64,000 nucleotides of DNA from an uncultured delta proteobacterium (GTDB taxonomy: Bacteria; Desulfobacterota; Binatia; UBA9968): positions 168,818-232,817 of the forward strand of contig CAVXEP010000001.1 in NCBI GenBank assembly GCA_963760795.1, read 5' to 3'. Positions 1 through 10,090 of the stretch are shown one piece after another. The notes below the pieces were generated by a model that saw only the letters and a list, made by a program, of their open reading frames with translations, did not search any database and was not told the origin of the DNA. Numbering within the stretch: the first letter of the stretch is position 1; the number at the start of each line of letters is the position of its first letter. Both the position numbers and the translations under genes were made by a program.

Positions 1-717
1 TCGGCTCGTTCATGCGCCGTTACGGCTTTTTCAACATAGCTTCGCCGTTTACCTTAATTCACTGGTACAACATGCTCAGCGATCCGATTTTTTTGATCGC
101 GCTGAAAAATAGCTTGATCATCGCCGGCACGACTGCCATCGGCGGCGTCTTGCTCTATTCCGCCCTGGCTTATTTATTAGTTTCGCGGCGCACCGATTAC
201 CGCTCCACTGTTGGAAAGTCTTTGTTGGATACCTCATGTGCTGCCGGGGATTCTTTTAAGTCTCGGCGTGCTCTGGCTGTTTCTGGCGACGCCGTTGCGG
301 TTTTTTCTTTACGGCAGCGTTTGGGGTATCGCCGTGGCGCTCATCCTCGCTGACAGTCCGGTGACCACCCAGGCGTTCAAAGCCGGGCTGCTGCAATTGG
401 GCGGCGATTTGGAAGAGGCGGCGCGAGTGAGCGGCGCGTCCTGGCGCTACACTTACCGGCGCGTGCTCCTACCGCTATTGGCGCCCATCGCGGCGGCGGT
501 GGGGTTGATGAATTTCGGCAGCGCCTTGACCAGCATCAGTACCCCTGTGCTACTTTACAGCCACCAGTCGCGCCCGTTGGCGATCTTGTTGCTCGAATAT
601 AGCTTCACCGGCGAACTGGAACGTGCGGCGGCGCTGGGCTTGCTGATTACCGTGATCATCGGCGTCATGATGCTGGTGGGGCGAAAGTTGGGCTTGCAGT
701 TGGCGGGGAGCGACTAA
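1..717 (+). CDS. ABC transporter permease (Fe3+/thiamine-type), 5'-partial, apparent +1 frameshift near 195-205
   Basis: ORFs 12..353 and 211..717 join into one hydrophobic permease; EAA loop (LEEAARVSGAS); stop overlaps the start of the next SBP gene. Confidence 0.85.
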
Positions 718-1841
718 TGCGATTTATTGCTGGATGGCAAAAATATTGGCTGTTAGCCGTGTTCGTGCCCGTGTTCATGCTCGTCGGGAACACGCAATCA
801 CGGGCACAGGCTAAGGCCGGCGAAAAGGAATGGGCTGCCGTGATCGAGGCGGCGAAGAAGGAAGGCAAAGTCGTGGTCGCCGGCTCGCCCGATCCGGTGA
901 TGCGCAATGACATCATACCTAAATTCACCGCGCGCTTCGGTATTGCCGTGGAGTTTATCGCCGGCCGGTCGAGTCAGATCGTCTCCCGCGTCGAGACCGA
1001 GCGGGCTTCGGGCATCTTCAGCATCGATGTTTTTCTCGCCGGCCCGGACACCTCGGCGAACGAGCTTTATAACGATAAGATGATCGACCCGCTCAAACCG
1101 TTGCTGGTCATGCCCGAGGTCGCCGAGGACTCGAAGTGGAAAACCGGTAAAGTTTGGTTTGTCGATCCGCAGGAGCAGTTTATCGTCCGCGCGTTCAGCA
1201 GCGTCGCGACCTTGCTGTTCATCAACACCGAACATGTCAAAGCCGATGAGCTGCGCCAGATGAAAGATCTGCTCAATCCCAAATGGCGCGGCAAGATTTC
1301 CACCGAGGATCCCACCACCACCGGCGCCGGCGCCAATAAGGCGGCGCGTTTCTATGTGCAGATTGGCGAAGAGTTCGTAAAAAATCTCTATATCGATCAG
1401 AAGACCGTGCGCACCCGTGAGCGCCGCCAGATGACCGACTGGCTGGCGCGCGGCACCCAGCCGATCTGTCTCGACTGCCGGGAAGACGATGTCCGGCCGC
1501 TGGTCAAAGACGGTTTCAAGGTTCTCGAAATATTCGAGATCGCCGGTGCCGGGCCAACGATCAATGGCTCGCCCTGGATGCTTTCTCTGGCCAACAAGGC
1601 GCCGCACCCGAAGGCGGGGCAGCTGTTTGCCAACTGGATACTCTCCAAAGAAGGTTTGGAAACCTATGCCAAGGGTTATGGATCGGCGACGCTGCGCACC
1701 GATGTCGACGAATCTTTTCTCAACCCCGGCAATATACCCAAGAAGGGTGTGAAATATTTCGACGATACCGATTGGAAGTGGATCGTCGGCGGCCGGCATG
1801 AGAATCGCGATAAAGTTTGGAAACTCCTAAAGACGCGCTAG
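717..1841 (+). CDS. ABC transporter extracellular solute-binding protein (Fe3+/polyamine family)
   Basis: Signal peptide; AAKKEGKV N-terminal motif; DLLNPKWRGKI; APHPKAGQLFANWILSKEG. Confidence 0.85.
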   Translation: MRFIAGWQKYWLLAVFVPVFMLVGNTQSRAQAKAGEKEWAAVIEAAKKEGKVVVAGSPDPVMRNDIIPKFTARFGIAVEFIAGRSSQIVSRVETERASGIFSIDVFLAGPDTSANELYNDKMIDPLKPLLVMPEVAEDSKWKTGKVWFVDPQEQFIVRAFSSVATLLFINTEHVKADELRQMKDLLNPKWRGKISTEDPTTTGAGANKAARFYVQIGEEFVKNLYIDQKTVRTRERRQMTDWLARGTQPICLDCREDDVRPLVKDGFKVLEIFEIAGAGPTINGSPWMLSLANKAPHPKAGQLFANWILSKEGLETYAKGYGSATLRTDVDESFLNPGNIPKKGVKYFDDTDWKWIVGGRHENRDKVWKLLKTR

Positions 1842-1848
1842 GCGCGCC

Positions 1849-1884
1849 GTTCCAATCGTTCCAGTTGTTCCAAAGGTTCCAGGA
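1849..1884. repeat. 9-bp-period tandem repeat (GTTCCANNN)x4
   Basis: gttccaatc gttccagtt gttccaaag gttccagga directly after the stop codon. Confidence 0.75.
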
Positions 1885-1945
1885 GTTAAGAAAAACTCGA
1901 TACGGCTTAAACTAAGTTCACTGAAAGAAGAAAGGTAGAAACATC

Positions 1946-2878
1946 ATGGCAAAGAAGATCAAAGTTTATTATCGCGCGCCGAGTCATGTGCCGTTGTGGA
2001 AAGTGATGGAGGAGTGCGGTTTTTTGAGCAAGCATGGCTTGGATATGGAGATGGGATCGCTGGAAGGACAACGCCAGCGCGCCGCCGACGGCCTGAAGGC
2101 CGGCGATCTCGACGTGGTTTCGGGCAATCACCATAACCTGTACGCGCGCAAGGCGCTCCACGGCGATCCTTACGTGCATATCGCCCAGAGCAACAACTCC
2201 TGGCGCGAAAACTTCCTGGTCTGCGGCAAGGGCGTCAACGGCCTGCAAGATCTCAAAGGCAAGAAAGTCGTGATGGACGACTTCGACGGCCACACCGGGC
2301 TCAACGTATGGTTGTATCTACGCCAGCATGGTTTGGAAGAGGGACGCGATGTTGAATTGGTCGAGAACGGCAAGAAGGGCGCCGAGCGGGCGCGGGACGT
2401 CATGGAAGGCAAGTACGACGCCAGCTTCATCCGCGCCGTCGATCGACTGCGCGCGCTAAAATTCGGCGCCAAGATCATCGAGCTGCCGTCGATGGCGATG
2501 ATCGAAGGCGTGACCCTGACGACTACCACCACCTATGTGCAAAAACACGAGGAGGAAGCCCGTTCGTTGATCATGGCGCTGGTCGACGGCATCCACTTTT
2601 ACAAGACCCAAAAAGCCGACACTTTGAAGATCCTGCAAAAACACTGCTCGGAGCTTCTCAAGATGCATGGCGACGAGGAATGGAATTGCTTCTACGAAAA
2701 CCAATCCGAGTCGCTGGAAAGCGCGCCCTACCCATCCATCGAAGCGATTCAAAACGTCTTCGCCCTGGGCGTCAAGCGCAATCCCGAGATCAAGGAGTTC
2801 AATCCGCTGGCGCTGTGGGATCTCCATTACGTGAAGGAGATCGACGACAGCGGTTATATTCGTAAGCTCTACAGCTGA
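1946..2878 (+). CDS. NitT/TauT (NMT1/THI5-like) substrate-binding-fold protein lacking a signal peptide
   Basis: GFLSKHGLD, DLKGKKV and C-terminal YVKEIDDSGYIRKLY motifs shared with other SBPs here; no N-terminal hydrophobic segment. Confidence 0.75.
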   Translation: MAKKIKVYYRAPSHVPLWKVMEECGFLSKHGLDMEMGSLEGQRQRAADGLKAGDLDVVSGNHHNLYARKALHGDPYVHIAQSNNSWRENFLVCGKGVNGLQDLKGKKVVMDDFDGHTGLNVWLYLRQHGLEEGRDVELVENGKKGAERARDVMEGKYDASFIRAVDRLRALKFGAKIIELPSMAMIEGVTLTTTTTYVQKHEEEARSLIMALVDGIHFYKTQKADTLKILQKHCSELLKMHGDEEWNCFYENQSESLESAPYPSIEAIQNVFALGVKRNPEIKEFNPLALWDLHYVKEIDDSGYIRKLYS

Positions 2879-3031
2879 CCGCGCCGATGCGAGGGACAGG
2901 CATCGACCCCTATGACGAAAAAGCCCGCCCAAAGAAATATTTGCTTGGCGCCAGTGGCCAAGCCCGGTCTGGGTTCACTTGCCGTCGTCCGACGGGAGCA
3001 AGGATAAATTCGCTTCTCGCGAGGTGGTTAA

Positions 3032-4480
3032 ATGGAAGAGGTTCGCATCGTCGATACAACGTTACGCGACGGCGATATTAGCCTGTGGGCTTATGGCATG
3101 ACGACCGGGATGATGCTGCCGGCGCTGCGCCATATGGACGAAGCGGGCTTCGATTCCATGGAGTTTTTCTTGAGCCTGCGCTTCAAGAAATTTGTCCGCG
3201 AGCATAAGGAAGACCCCTGGGACTGGCTGCGCCTGGGCACCCAAGAGATCAAGAAAACCCGGCTGCGCTATCACGGCGGCTTGCACAGCGGCTTTGAATT
3301 CATCCCCGAATGCATTCGCCGCCTGGTGATTTCCACCGTCGCCAAATACGGCATCGACCTGACGCGTACTTCCAACGCTTGGAATAATTTCGAGCTGCTC
3401 GGCGAGGAAGCTATCGAGCTGAAAAAGCTCGGCATGGATACGGTGATGAATTTGATTTACGCGATCTCGCCGCGCCACACCGATGATTATTACGCGCGCA
3501 AGGCGCGCGACGCCGCGGCGTTGAAACCGTACCGGATCTGTTTCAAGGATGTCGGCGGCATGTTGACGCCCGAGCGCACGCGCACATTGGTGCGGCTGAT
3601 CAAGCAAAATATCGGCGCGACCCCGCTCGAGTTTCACGCCCATTGCAACAACGGCTTGGCGCCGTTTAACTTGCTCGAAGCGGTCAAGGAAGGCGTGCGC
3701 ATCGTCCATACGGCGATTCCACCGCTGGCCAACGGCTCTTCCCAGCCGTCGATATTTAACGTCGTCGCCAACCTGCGTGCCTTGGGTTACCAGCCATCGG
3801 TCAATACCGCGGCGTTGCCGCCGGTGCGCGAGCATTTCTCGCGCATCGCCGCGGCGGAAAATCTTCCCACTGGCGCGCCGCGGGAGTACGATCAAGCCTG
3901 GTACGGCCATCAGGTGCCGGGCGGCATGATTTCCAACCTGCGCCATCAGTTGAAGCTCATGGGAAAAGAGGAGAAACTTGCCGCGGTGCTCGACGAGATC
4001 GCTCAAGTGCGCGCCGAATTGGGTTACCCGATCATGGTCACCCCCTTCGCGCAGTTTGTCGGCAGCCAGGCGGCGATCAATGTGATCGTTGGCGAGCGCT
4101 ACAAAGAAGCGACCGATCCGGTTATTCAATACGCGCTCGGCCAGTGGGGCAAGGAGGGTGCCGACTATATGGACCCGGTCGTGAAAGGGAAGATTCTCGA
4201 CCGTCCGCGCGCCCGGGAAATCGCCAAGATGGCACATCCCGAGCCGAGTCTGGCTGAAGTGCGCAAACAATATGGCGGCGCCCACTTGTCCGATGAAGAA
4301 TTGCTGTTGCGCTACTACGCCGGTCCCGAGTTCGTCGATGCGTTAAAAAATGCGCCGCCGCGTAGGTTGTATTTGAATGCGCGCAAACCTTTGTTGCGTC
4401 TGATCGAGGAGCTCGGCAAGAAGAAGCTTGCCCATGTGTATATTCGCAAGGGCGATTTTTCACTGACCATGCAGAGTTAA
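3032..4480 (+). CDS. Pyruvate carboxylase subunit B / oxaloacetate decarboxylase alpha-like carboxyltransferase (no biotinyl domain)
   Basis: DTTLRDG, CFKDVGG, HAHCN metal motif, HQVPGGMISNL and GYPIMVTPFAQ motifs. Confidence 0.85.
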   Translation: MEEVRIVDTTLRDGDISLWAYGMTTGMMLPALRHMDEAGFDSMEFFLSLRFKKFVREHKEDPWDWLRLGTQEIKKTRLRYHGGLHSGFEFIPECIRRLVISTVAKYGIDLTRTSNAWNNFELLGEEAIELKKLGMDTVMNLIYAISPRHTDDYYARKARDAAALKPYRICFKDVGGMLTPERTRTLVRLIKQNIGATPLEFHAHCNNGLAPFNLLEAVKEGVRIVHTAIPPLANGSSQPSIFNVVANLRALGYQPSVNTAALPPVREHFSRIAAAENLPTGAPREYDQAWYGHQVPGGMISNLRHQLKLMGKEEKLAAVLDEIAQVRAELGYPIMVTPFAQFVGSQAAINVIVGERYKEATDPVIQYALGQWGKEGADYMDPVVKGKILDRPRAREIAKMAHPEPSLAEVRKQYGGAHLSDEELLLRYYAGPEFVDALKNAPPRRLYLNARKPLLRLIEELGKKKLAHVYIRKGDFSLTMQS

Positions 4481-4537
4481 GCGCGGAGTTAAGAGGTATA
4501 TGGGTGTGCCATGCGTTTTGCGAAAACGGAGGTTGTT

Positions 4538-5554
4538 ATGGCTGAGCAACAATTTATCGAACATTGGGGGCGGGAAGGATTCTCCGGCGATGGGGTGAAC
4601 GTCGTGCGCCCGCATCATGTGCCTGACTTTGTTCAGGTCAGCGGGCCCCATGCGCCGCATCGCTTGAACATCGGCGCGGTGTCGTTGCCGGATCGAAGCG
4701 ATCCGCACGCATTGCCGGTACCGATCTTCGTAAGCCGCACTGGAGCCCAGCTAAGTGTCTCCGCCAGGGAACGTGGGATGCCCTTTGTGATCTCCAATGT
4801 CGAAGCCGATGAAGTTCATTTCGTCCAGGAAGGTGAAGTCCGGTTCGCCACGGCCTATGGCAACATCACCGGTCTCCCGGGCGATTTTGTTTTTATTCCG
4901 AGAGCGGTTCCCTACCGCATTGTGACGGAAAGCGGACCGACATTGTCGTTGATCATCGAAACTCCCGGAGCCGTGAGATTTGACGCGGCGCCAAAGTTTT
5001 CTCCCCAGAGCGAAACCGCCAGCATCGAGAGTACCCCGGCGCAAGCCGTCGAAACGATCCTGTTGGTTAAGTCGTTCGACGGCATCACGCGATATGTCAA
5101 GCCGGACAATCCGCTGGCGATGGTGTCCGTGAGCGGCGGCACCAATCCGGTGTGGAAAATCAATCTCAAAAATATTCCAACCAACGAAGCGGGCCACCCG
5201 ACCCAGTTTGCCGCGTCGCCGCACAACGATGAGTTGTTGTACACGCTGAGCGCGCGGCGCCGGCGCAGGCCGCCAATCCATTACAATGCGGATTACGATG
5301 AAATGATTGTTTACTTCGCCGGCCCTGGCGCCTGGGGCGCGGTAAAGGATCCGGGAACTTTGACCTGGGTGCCCAAAGGGGTGGCACATCATGGTCCGAC
5401 GGAGGATGTTGCGGAGGGGTACTATGCCTGGATGCTCGAGTCGCGGCCGACTCTGCGCCTCACCGAAGCGGGTGAGAAAGTCGCGCAACTGATGGAGACT
5501 GACCTCTACGGTCCACACCCCGTCGAGCCGAAGCCGAGGAGAATCGGATTCTAA
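4538..5554 (+). CDS. Homogentisate 1,2-dioxygenase-like cupin
   Basis: NVEADEVHFVQEG, PGDFVFIPR, candidate Fe ligands HYNADYDE and HHGP; GGAGG SD before ATG 4538. Confidence 0.7.
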   Translation: MAEQQFIEHWGREGFSGDGVNVVRPHHVPDFVQVSGPHAPHRLNIGAVSLPDRSDPHALPVPIFVSRTGAQLSVSARERGMPFVISNVEADEVHFVQEGEVRFATAYGNITGLPGDFVFIPRAVPYRIVTESGPTLSLIIETPGAVRFDAAPKFSPQSETASIESTPAQAVETILLVKSFDGITRYVKPDNPLAMVSVSGGTNPVWKINLKNIPTNEAGHPTQFAASPHNDELLYTLSARRRRRPPIHYNADYDEMIVYFAGPGAWGAVKDPGTLTWVPKGVAHHGPTEDVAEGYYAWMLESRPTLRLTEAGEKVAQLMETDLYGPHPVEPKPRRIGF

Positions 5555-5576
5555 CAGCGAAGGACCATATCACGAG

Positions 5577-5604
5577 GCCGGGGCGAAAAATTATTCGCCC
5601 CGGC
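5577..5604. repeat. REP-like hairpin GCCGGGGCGAA-N6-TTCGCCCCGGC
   Basis: Perfect 11-bp inverted repeat downstream of the cupin gene. Confidence 0.7.
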
Positions 5605-5889
5605 AACGTTCTTATCCCTGCCTGCGATGGACCTGGCAATTCGATCGATCACGGCGCCGTCGTGCCCGCCGTCGGCGGGAAGCGATAACCTCGGCTTGTA
5701 TGCGCCTGCGCCACGGATCGGTGGCCAACCAGTAGGATTGGCGCCTGGCAGGGTTGGCGCTCAACCGCTATCGTCTTCCATGCTGCCGCAGTACGTTGAT
5801 TTTTCAATTGAATACTGGTCCATTGCACTATCCCGTCATGGTTCGCAGTGGACCTTAGCTAATCGTCAACAAGAGAGAGGACCGCAAAG

Positions 5890-6345
5890 ATGAACAATCT
5901 AAAAATGTTGTCGCTAGGAGTGCTTGGGCTGACGGCCCTGGCGGGTTGCGCCACCGGCGGATCGGGGCAGGGCTGGTCGCTGTGTGGGAAACAAACCAAG
6001 ATGCGAATCGTTGACCTGGATATTTCGCCGGATCCCATCAGTCAAGGGCAGCAGATTCGTAGTTGGCGCGTGGTCGTTCAGGCCGATACCGATGGTGAAT
6101 GCGCCACCACCCTGCAGGTCCAAGAGCGCCCGGGGAACATCACAGTCGGCACCAAGCGGGTTTACTATTTCCGTCCTGGTTCGAACGAGGTCACGGTGCA
6201 ACCGGATACTCGCTACCGCTTTAGCCAGGCGCGTCATTGTTTTGTCGTCATCGCCGATATCGAGGAAACCCCGCGCGCCATCGATGCGACGGGCAACTTT
6301 TGCGCCCAGAGAGAGGGCAATAATTGGACGATGCGCGGTCGATAA
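5890..6345 (+). CDS. Hypothetical lipoprotein (beta-rich, Cys-containing)
   Basis: Lipobox LAGC after a hydrophobic stretch; GAGG SD. Confidence 0.7.
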   Translation: MNNLKMLSLGVLGLTALAGCATGGSGQGWSLCGKQTKMRIVDLDISPDPISQGQQIRSWRVVVQADTDGECATTLQVQERPGNITVGTKRVYYFRPGSNEVTVQPDTRYRFSQARHCFVVIADIEETPRAIDATGNFCAQREGNNWTMRGR

Positions 6346-6472
6346 ATTATTTCGGCCATCGGGCGATCACGTTTGGTGCCGGCGCGGGTGAACCGCCAGG
6401 CGACCGTTAACGGATAATAATTCGCTACCCGATGCTCGTGCCCACTGCCCGCGCGTTGTCAAACCTGTATCG

Positions 6473-7966
6473 TCACAACCCCGTCGTGGTCGCCGGCGGC
6501 CGGCGGTGATGGGTCGCCTGTTCGTAGGCGTAGGCGTACTTGATCAAGTTGCCGTCGTCGTAGGGACGGCCGATGAAGCATAGCCCCGCCGGTAAGTTAT
6601 CCCGCGTGAAGCCCGCCGGCACCGTGATCGTCGGCACGTAGACCAAAAATGTATTCAGATGCGGCGCGCCTTTCTGATCGGTGAAAGGCGGCGCGATGCC
6701 GTCTTTGATCAAGGTCGGTTGATGTTCGACTGACTTGTAGACGATGGCGTCAAGTTTATGGTCGGCCATGACCTTCAAAAAGTTCGTCATCAGCTCGTCC
6801 TGGGCGCGCAGACTTTCGTAGTGCTTCGACGCGTCGGCGTTGCGTTTGAAGCGCTCCTGCGAACGCTTGACGACCTTGGCAAACTCCGGGGACGCGATCG
6901 CTTCCTGCGGCGTTTTGAACGGCGGGTTGGCGCTGCGGCCATAATAGGCTTTAAACGACGCGTCGGTATCGCCGGGAGCGCCGGAGCGCTTGGCGAGTAA
7001 CTCTTTGATCTTCGGAATCACGATGGGATCGACGATCTCGGCGCCGCCGGCTTTGAGCTCAGCGATAGATTTGTCGAACACTTCTTGGATCTTTCGGTAA
7101 TCTTCCGAGTCCGGTTCGGAATTCAAGCCGATGGACTCGCGCAAGACGCCGAAGCGCGCGCCTTTGAGTCCGTTGGAATTTAAATACTTGGTAAACGTAT
7201 CGGGCGTGTTGCCGACGCCGCGGGCGGTGATCGGATCTTCCGCGTCGTAGCCGGCCATGGCGTCCAGCAGGAGCGCCAGGTCTTTGACCGTGCGCGCCAT
7301 GGGGCCCAGGGAGCCGAACAGTTCGGGCCAGCAGCCGTAGACGCCGCTGCGGCTGACCAGGCCGGCGGACGGGCGCATGCCGGCGATGCAGTTCCAGGTC
7401 GACGGCCGGCGGATCGACGCCAAGCCCTCCTGACCGATGGCGAGGGTCGAATAATTTGCTGCCACCGCCGCGGCGGAGCCGCCGGAAGACCCGCCGACGG
7501 TGCGTTCGGTGTCGTAGGGATTGCGCGTCGAACCGAACAGCGAACCATGGGTGTCGCCGCCGCCGAGTTCGCCAAGGGTGGCTTTGCCGAGGAACACCGC
7601 GCCGGCTTTCCGCAATTTTTCCGCGACGAAAGAATCGCGGTCGGGATAGTAATCTTTGAACAATAGCGATCCCAAAGTTGTCGGCATGCCTTTGACATCG
7701 GCCTGGTCTTTGACGATCACCGGAATGCCGTGCAGCGGGCCCACCGGGCCGGCGGATTTGTAGGCCGTATCGAGCCGGTCGGCCTCGCTCAACGCATCGG
7801 CGTTGACGGTGATCATGGCGTTGAGGTTCGGCCCTTTCTTGTCGAAGGCATCGATACGGTCCAAGTAGGCCTGCACTACCTGGCGGCAGGTGAGTTGGCC
7901 GGATTTGTAGGCGGCGTGGATGTCGTCGATGGTCGCTTCGACTGGATTAAAGTTGCTCTGGGCCAT
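6473..7966 (-). CDS. Amidase signature family protein
   Basis: GPLHGIPVIVKD, GGSSGGSAAAVAA, SIRRP. Confidence 0.9.
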   Translation of the reverse strand: MAQSNFNPVEATIDDIHAAYKSGQLTCRQVVQAYLDRIDAFDKKGPNLNAMITVNADALSEADRLDTAYKSAGPVGPLHGIPVIVKDQADVKGMPTTLGSLLFKDYYPDRDSFVAEKLRKAGAVFLGKATLGELGGGDTHGSLFGSTRNPYDTERTVGGSSGGSAAAVAANYSTLAIGQEGLASIRRPSTWNCIAGMRPSAGLVSRSGVYGCWPELFGSLGPMARTVKDLALLLDAMAGYDAEDPITARGVGNTPDTFTKYLNSNGLKGARFGVLRESIGLNSEPDSEDYRKIQEVFDKSIAELKAGGAEIVDPIVIPKIKELLAKRSGAPGDTDASFKAYYGRSANPPFKTPQEAIASPEFAKVVKRSQERFKRNADASKHYESLRAQDELMTNFLKVMADHKLDAIVYKSVEHQPTLIKDGIAPPFTDQKGAPHLNTFLVYVPTITVPAGFTRDNLPAGLCFIGRPYDDGNLIKYAYAYEQATHHRRPPATTTGL

Positions 7967-8182
7967 GATTGATCTCCTTGTTACTGCCTTAGATATTGAA
8001 ATGGCGCGGAAATGTCTAGAGACAAATTCATCAGGATTGGATGAATCTATGATAACCCGCCGTGGGTGCCCATGCTCAGGGTAGGCACGGGGGCCTAGCG
8101 CTACGTTCTACAGACTGCCATTGAAATAGCGCTGTGTTAATGATTATTGCAATCAAGGAATTTAGTGGAGGCTAATCAGCAG

Positions 8183-9358
8183 ATGTCAGCAATGTCCCAA
8201 CGGGTCGCAGATTTCGGCACGACGATATTTGCCGACATTAACGCTCTGGCAGCTAAGCATGGCGCGGTCAATCTCGGCCAGGGCGCGCCGGATTTCGACG
8301 GGCCGCCGGAAGTATTGGCGGCGGCGGTGACGGCGGTTAAAAGCGCGCTCAATCAGTACGCTCCCGGCATTGGCATGGCGTCGGTGCGCCAGGCGATCGC
8401 CCAACACGCGCAGCGCTTTTACAACCAGCACCTGAATCCCGACACCGATGTGCTGGTGACTTCCGGCGCGACGGAGGCGATGTTTGCGGCGATTCTCGGT
8501 TTGACCGACCCCGGCGATGAGGTGATCGTCTTCGAGCCGGTCTATGACACCTATGTGCCCAACCTGGTCATGGCCGGCGTGACGCCGCATTATGTCGCGC
8601 TGCGCGGCGAGCATTGGCGCTTCGATCCAGACGACCTGGCAAAGGCCTTTAACTCGCGGACCAAGGCGATCGTCATCAATACGCCGCATAATCCCACCGG
8701 TAAAGCCTTTTCGCGCGACGAGCTGCGGTCGATCGCCGAGCTGTGCCAAAAGCACAACGTGGTCGCCATCACCGATGAAGTTTACGAACATATCGTTTAC
8801 GACGACGCCAGCCATGTGCGTATGGCGACGCTTGCCGGTATGGCTGAGCGCACGCTGACGATCAGTAGCTTGGGCAAGACGTTCAGTGTTACCGGATGGA
8901 AAATCGGCTGGGCCATGGGACCGGCGGCGTTAGTGCAGGCGGTCAACCAGGCGCATCAGTTCATTACCTATGCGGTGGCCGCGCCGCTTCAAGCTGCTGC
9001 GGCGACAGCGCTCAATTTGCCGTTCGGATATTTTGAAAACTTGCAGTCGAGCTATCAAGCCCGGCGCGATCGAATGCTAAGGGTCTTGGGCAGCGCCGGT
9101 TTCACAGTCTTCAAGCCGCAGGGCAGCTACTTCGTCATGATCGACTGGCGCGGCGTGGCGCCGGGTCATGTGCAAGACGATATGCAGTTCGCCCGCTGGC
9201 TGATTGAAGAGATCGGCGTCGCCTGTATCCCGGCGAGCCCATTCTACCAGGAATCGGATAAGCACCTGGGCAAATTTTTCGCCCGCTTCGCGGTGTGCAA
9301 GAAGGATGAGACCCTGGACGCCGCGGCGGAACGATTTGCCAAGCTCGGGAAAGTGTGA
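8183..9358 (+). CDS. PLP-dependent aminotransferase class I/II (YbdL/methionine aminotransferase-like)
   Basis: AVNLGQGAPDF, NTPHNPTG, DEVY, SLGKTFSVTGWKIGW. Confidence 0.9.
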   Translation: MSAMSQRVADFGTTIFADINALAAKHGAVNLGQGAPDFDGPPEVLAAAVTAVKSALNQYAPGIGMASVRQAIAQHAQRFYNQHLNPDTDVLVTSGATEAMFAAILGLTDPGDEVIVFEPVYDTYVPNLVMAGVTPHYVALRGEHWRFDPDDLAKAFNSRTKAIVINTPHNPTGKAFSRDELRSIAELCQKHNVVAITDEVYEHIVYDDASHVRMATLAGMAERTLTISSLGKTFSVTGWKIGWAMGPAALVQAVNQAHQFITYAVAAPLQAAAATALNLPFGYFENLQSSYQARRDRMLRVLGSAGFTVFKPQGSYFVMIDWRGVAPGHVQDDMQFARWLIEEIGVACIPASPFYQESDKHLGKFFARFAVCKKDETLDAAAERFAKLGKV

Positions 9359-9423
9359 GAATGCACATAGTCAACTTGGCAGCGAGAAATGGTTCTAGGC
9401 TTTAGCAACAGCGAGGTGAACGG

Positions 9424-9990
9424 ATGAAATTATTACGCACGGCGATACTGGCGATTGTAGTTTGCACGACGCTTCAGAGCCCAGTCGATTCTCAGGAGGC
9501 GATTCCTTATGTGCCCAGCACCATGCCGGTGGTGGCGAAGATGCTCGAACTCGCGTCGGTGACCAAGGATGACATCGTTTACGACATGGGTTGCGGCGAT
9601 GGGCGGATCTTGATTATGGCGGCGAAAAAATACGGCGCCCGCGGCGTCGGCGTCGATCTTGATCCGGTGCGTATCGCCGAAGCGAAGAAAAACGCCGAAC
9701 AGGAGGGGGTCAGCCACATGGTCGAGTTTCGCGCCGAAGACGGCACCAAGACCGATATCTCCAAGGCGACGGTGGTGACGCTCTACATGTTCAAATGGTT
9801 CAACAACGCGATCAGTCCCAAGCTGCAAAAGTTGCGTCCGGGTTCGCGCGTGGTCGCCCATGACTTCGATATCGACGATTGGAAACCGACGTCGGTAGTA
9901 AATCTCGACGCCGAGAGAAACAACCATGAGGGTATCGAGCGGCCGCATACTCTCTATCTGTGGCTCGTCGGCGCCAGTGAAAAGACTTAG
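9424..9990 (+). CDS. SAM-dependent methyltransferase with an N-terminal signal-like segment
   Basis: IPYVPS, YDMGCGDGR motif I, LRPGSRVVAHDF. Confidence 0.85.
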   Translation: MKLLRTAILAIVVCTTLQSPVDSQEAIPYVPSTMPVVAKMLELASVTKDDIVYDMGCGDGRILIMAAKKYGARGVGVDLDPVRIAEAKKNAEQEGVSHMVEFRAEDGTKTDISKATVVTLYMFKWFNNAISPKLQKLRPGSRVVAHDFDIDDWKPTSVVNLDAERNNHEGIERPHTLYLWLVGASEKT

Positions 9991-10090
9991 TCGGCGCTGG
10001 CGCATCAGCAGAGAAGCCGAATCGGCTACTGATTCGATGTCAATCGGCTGCGCCCATACTAGTAAGAATATTTGCCGACCGGCCTAGCGA

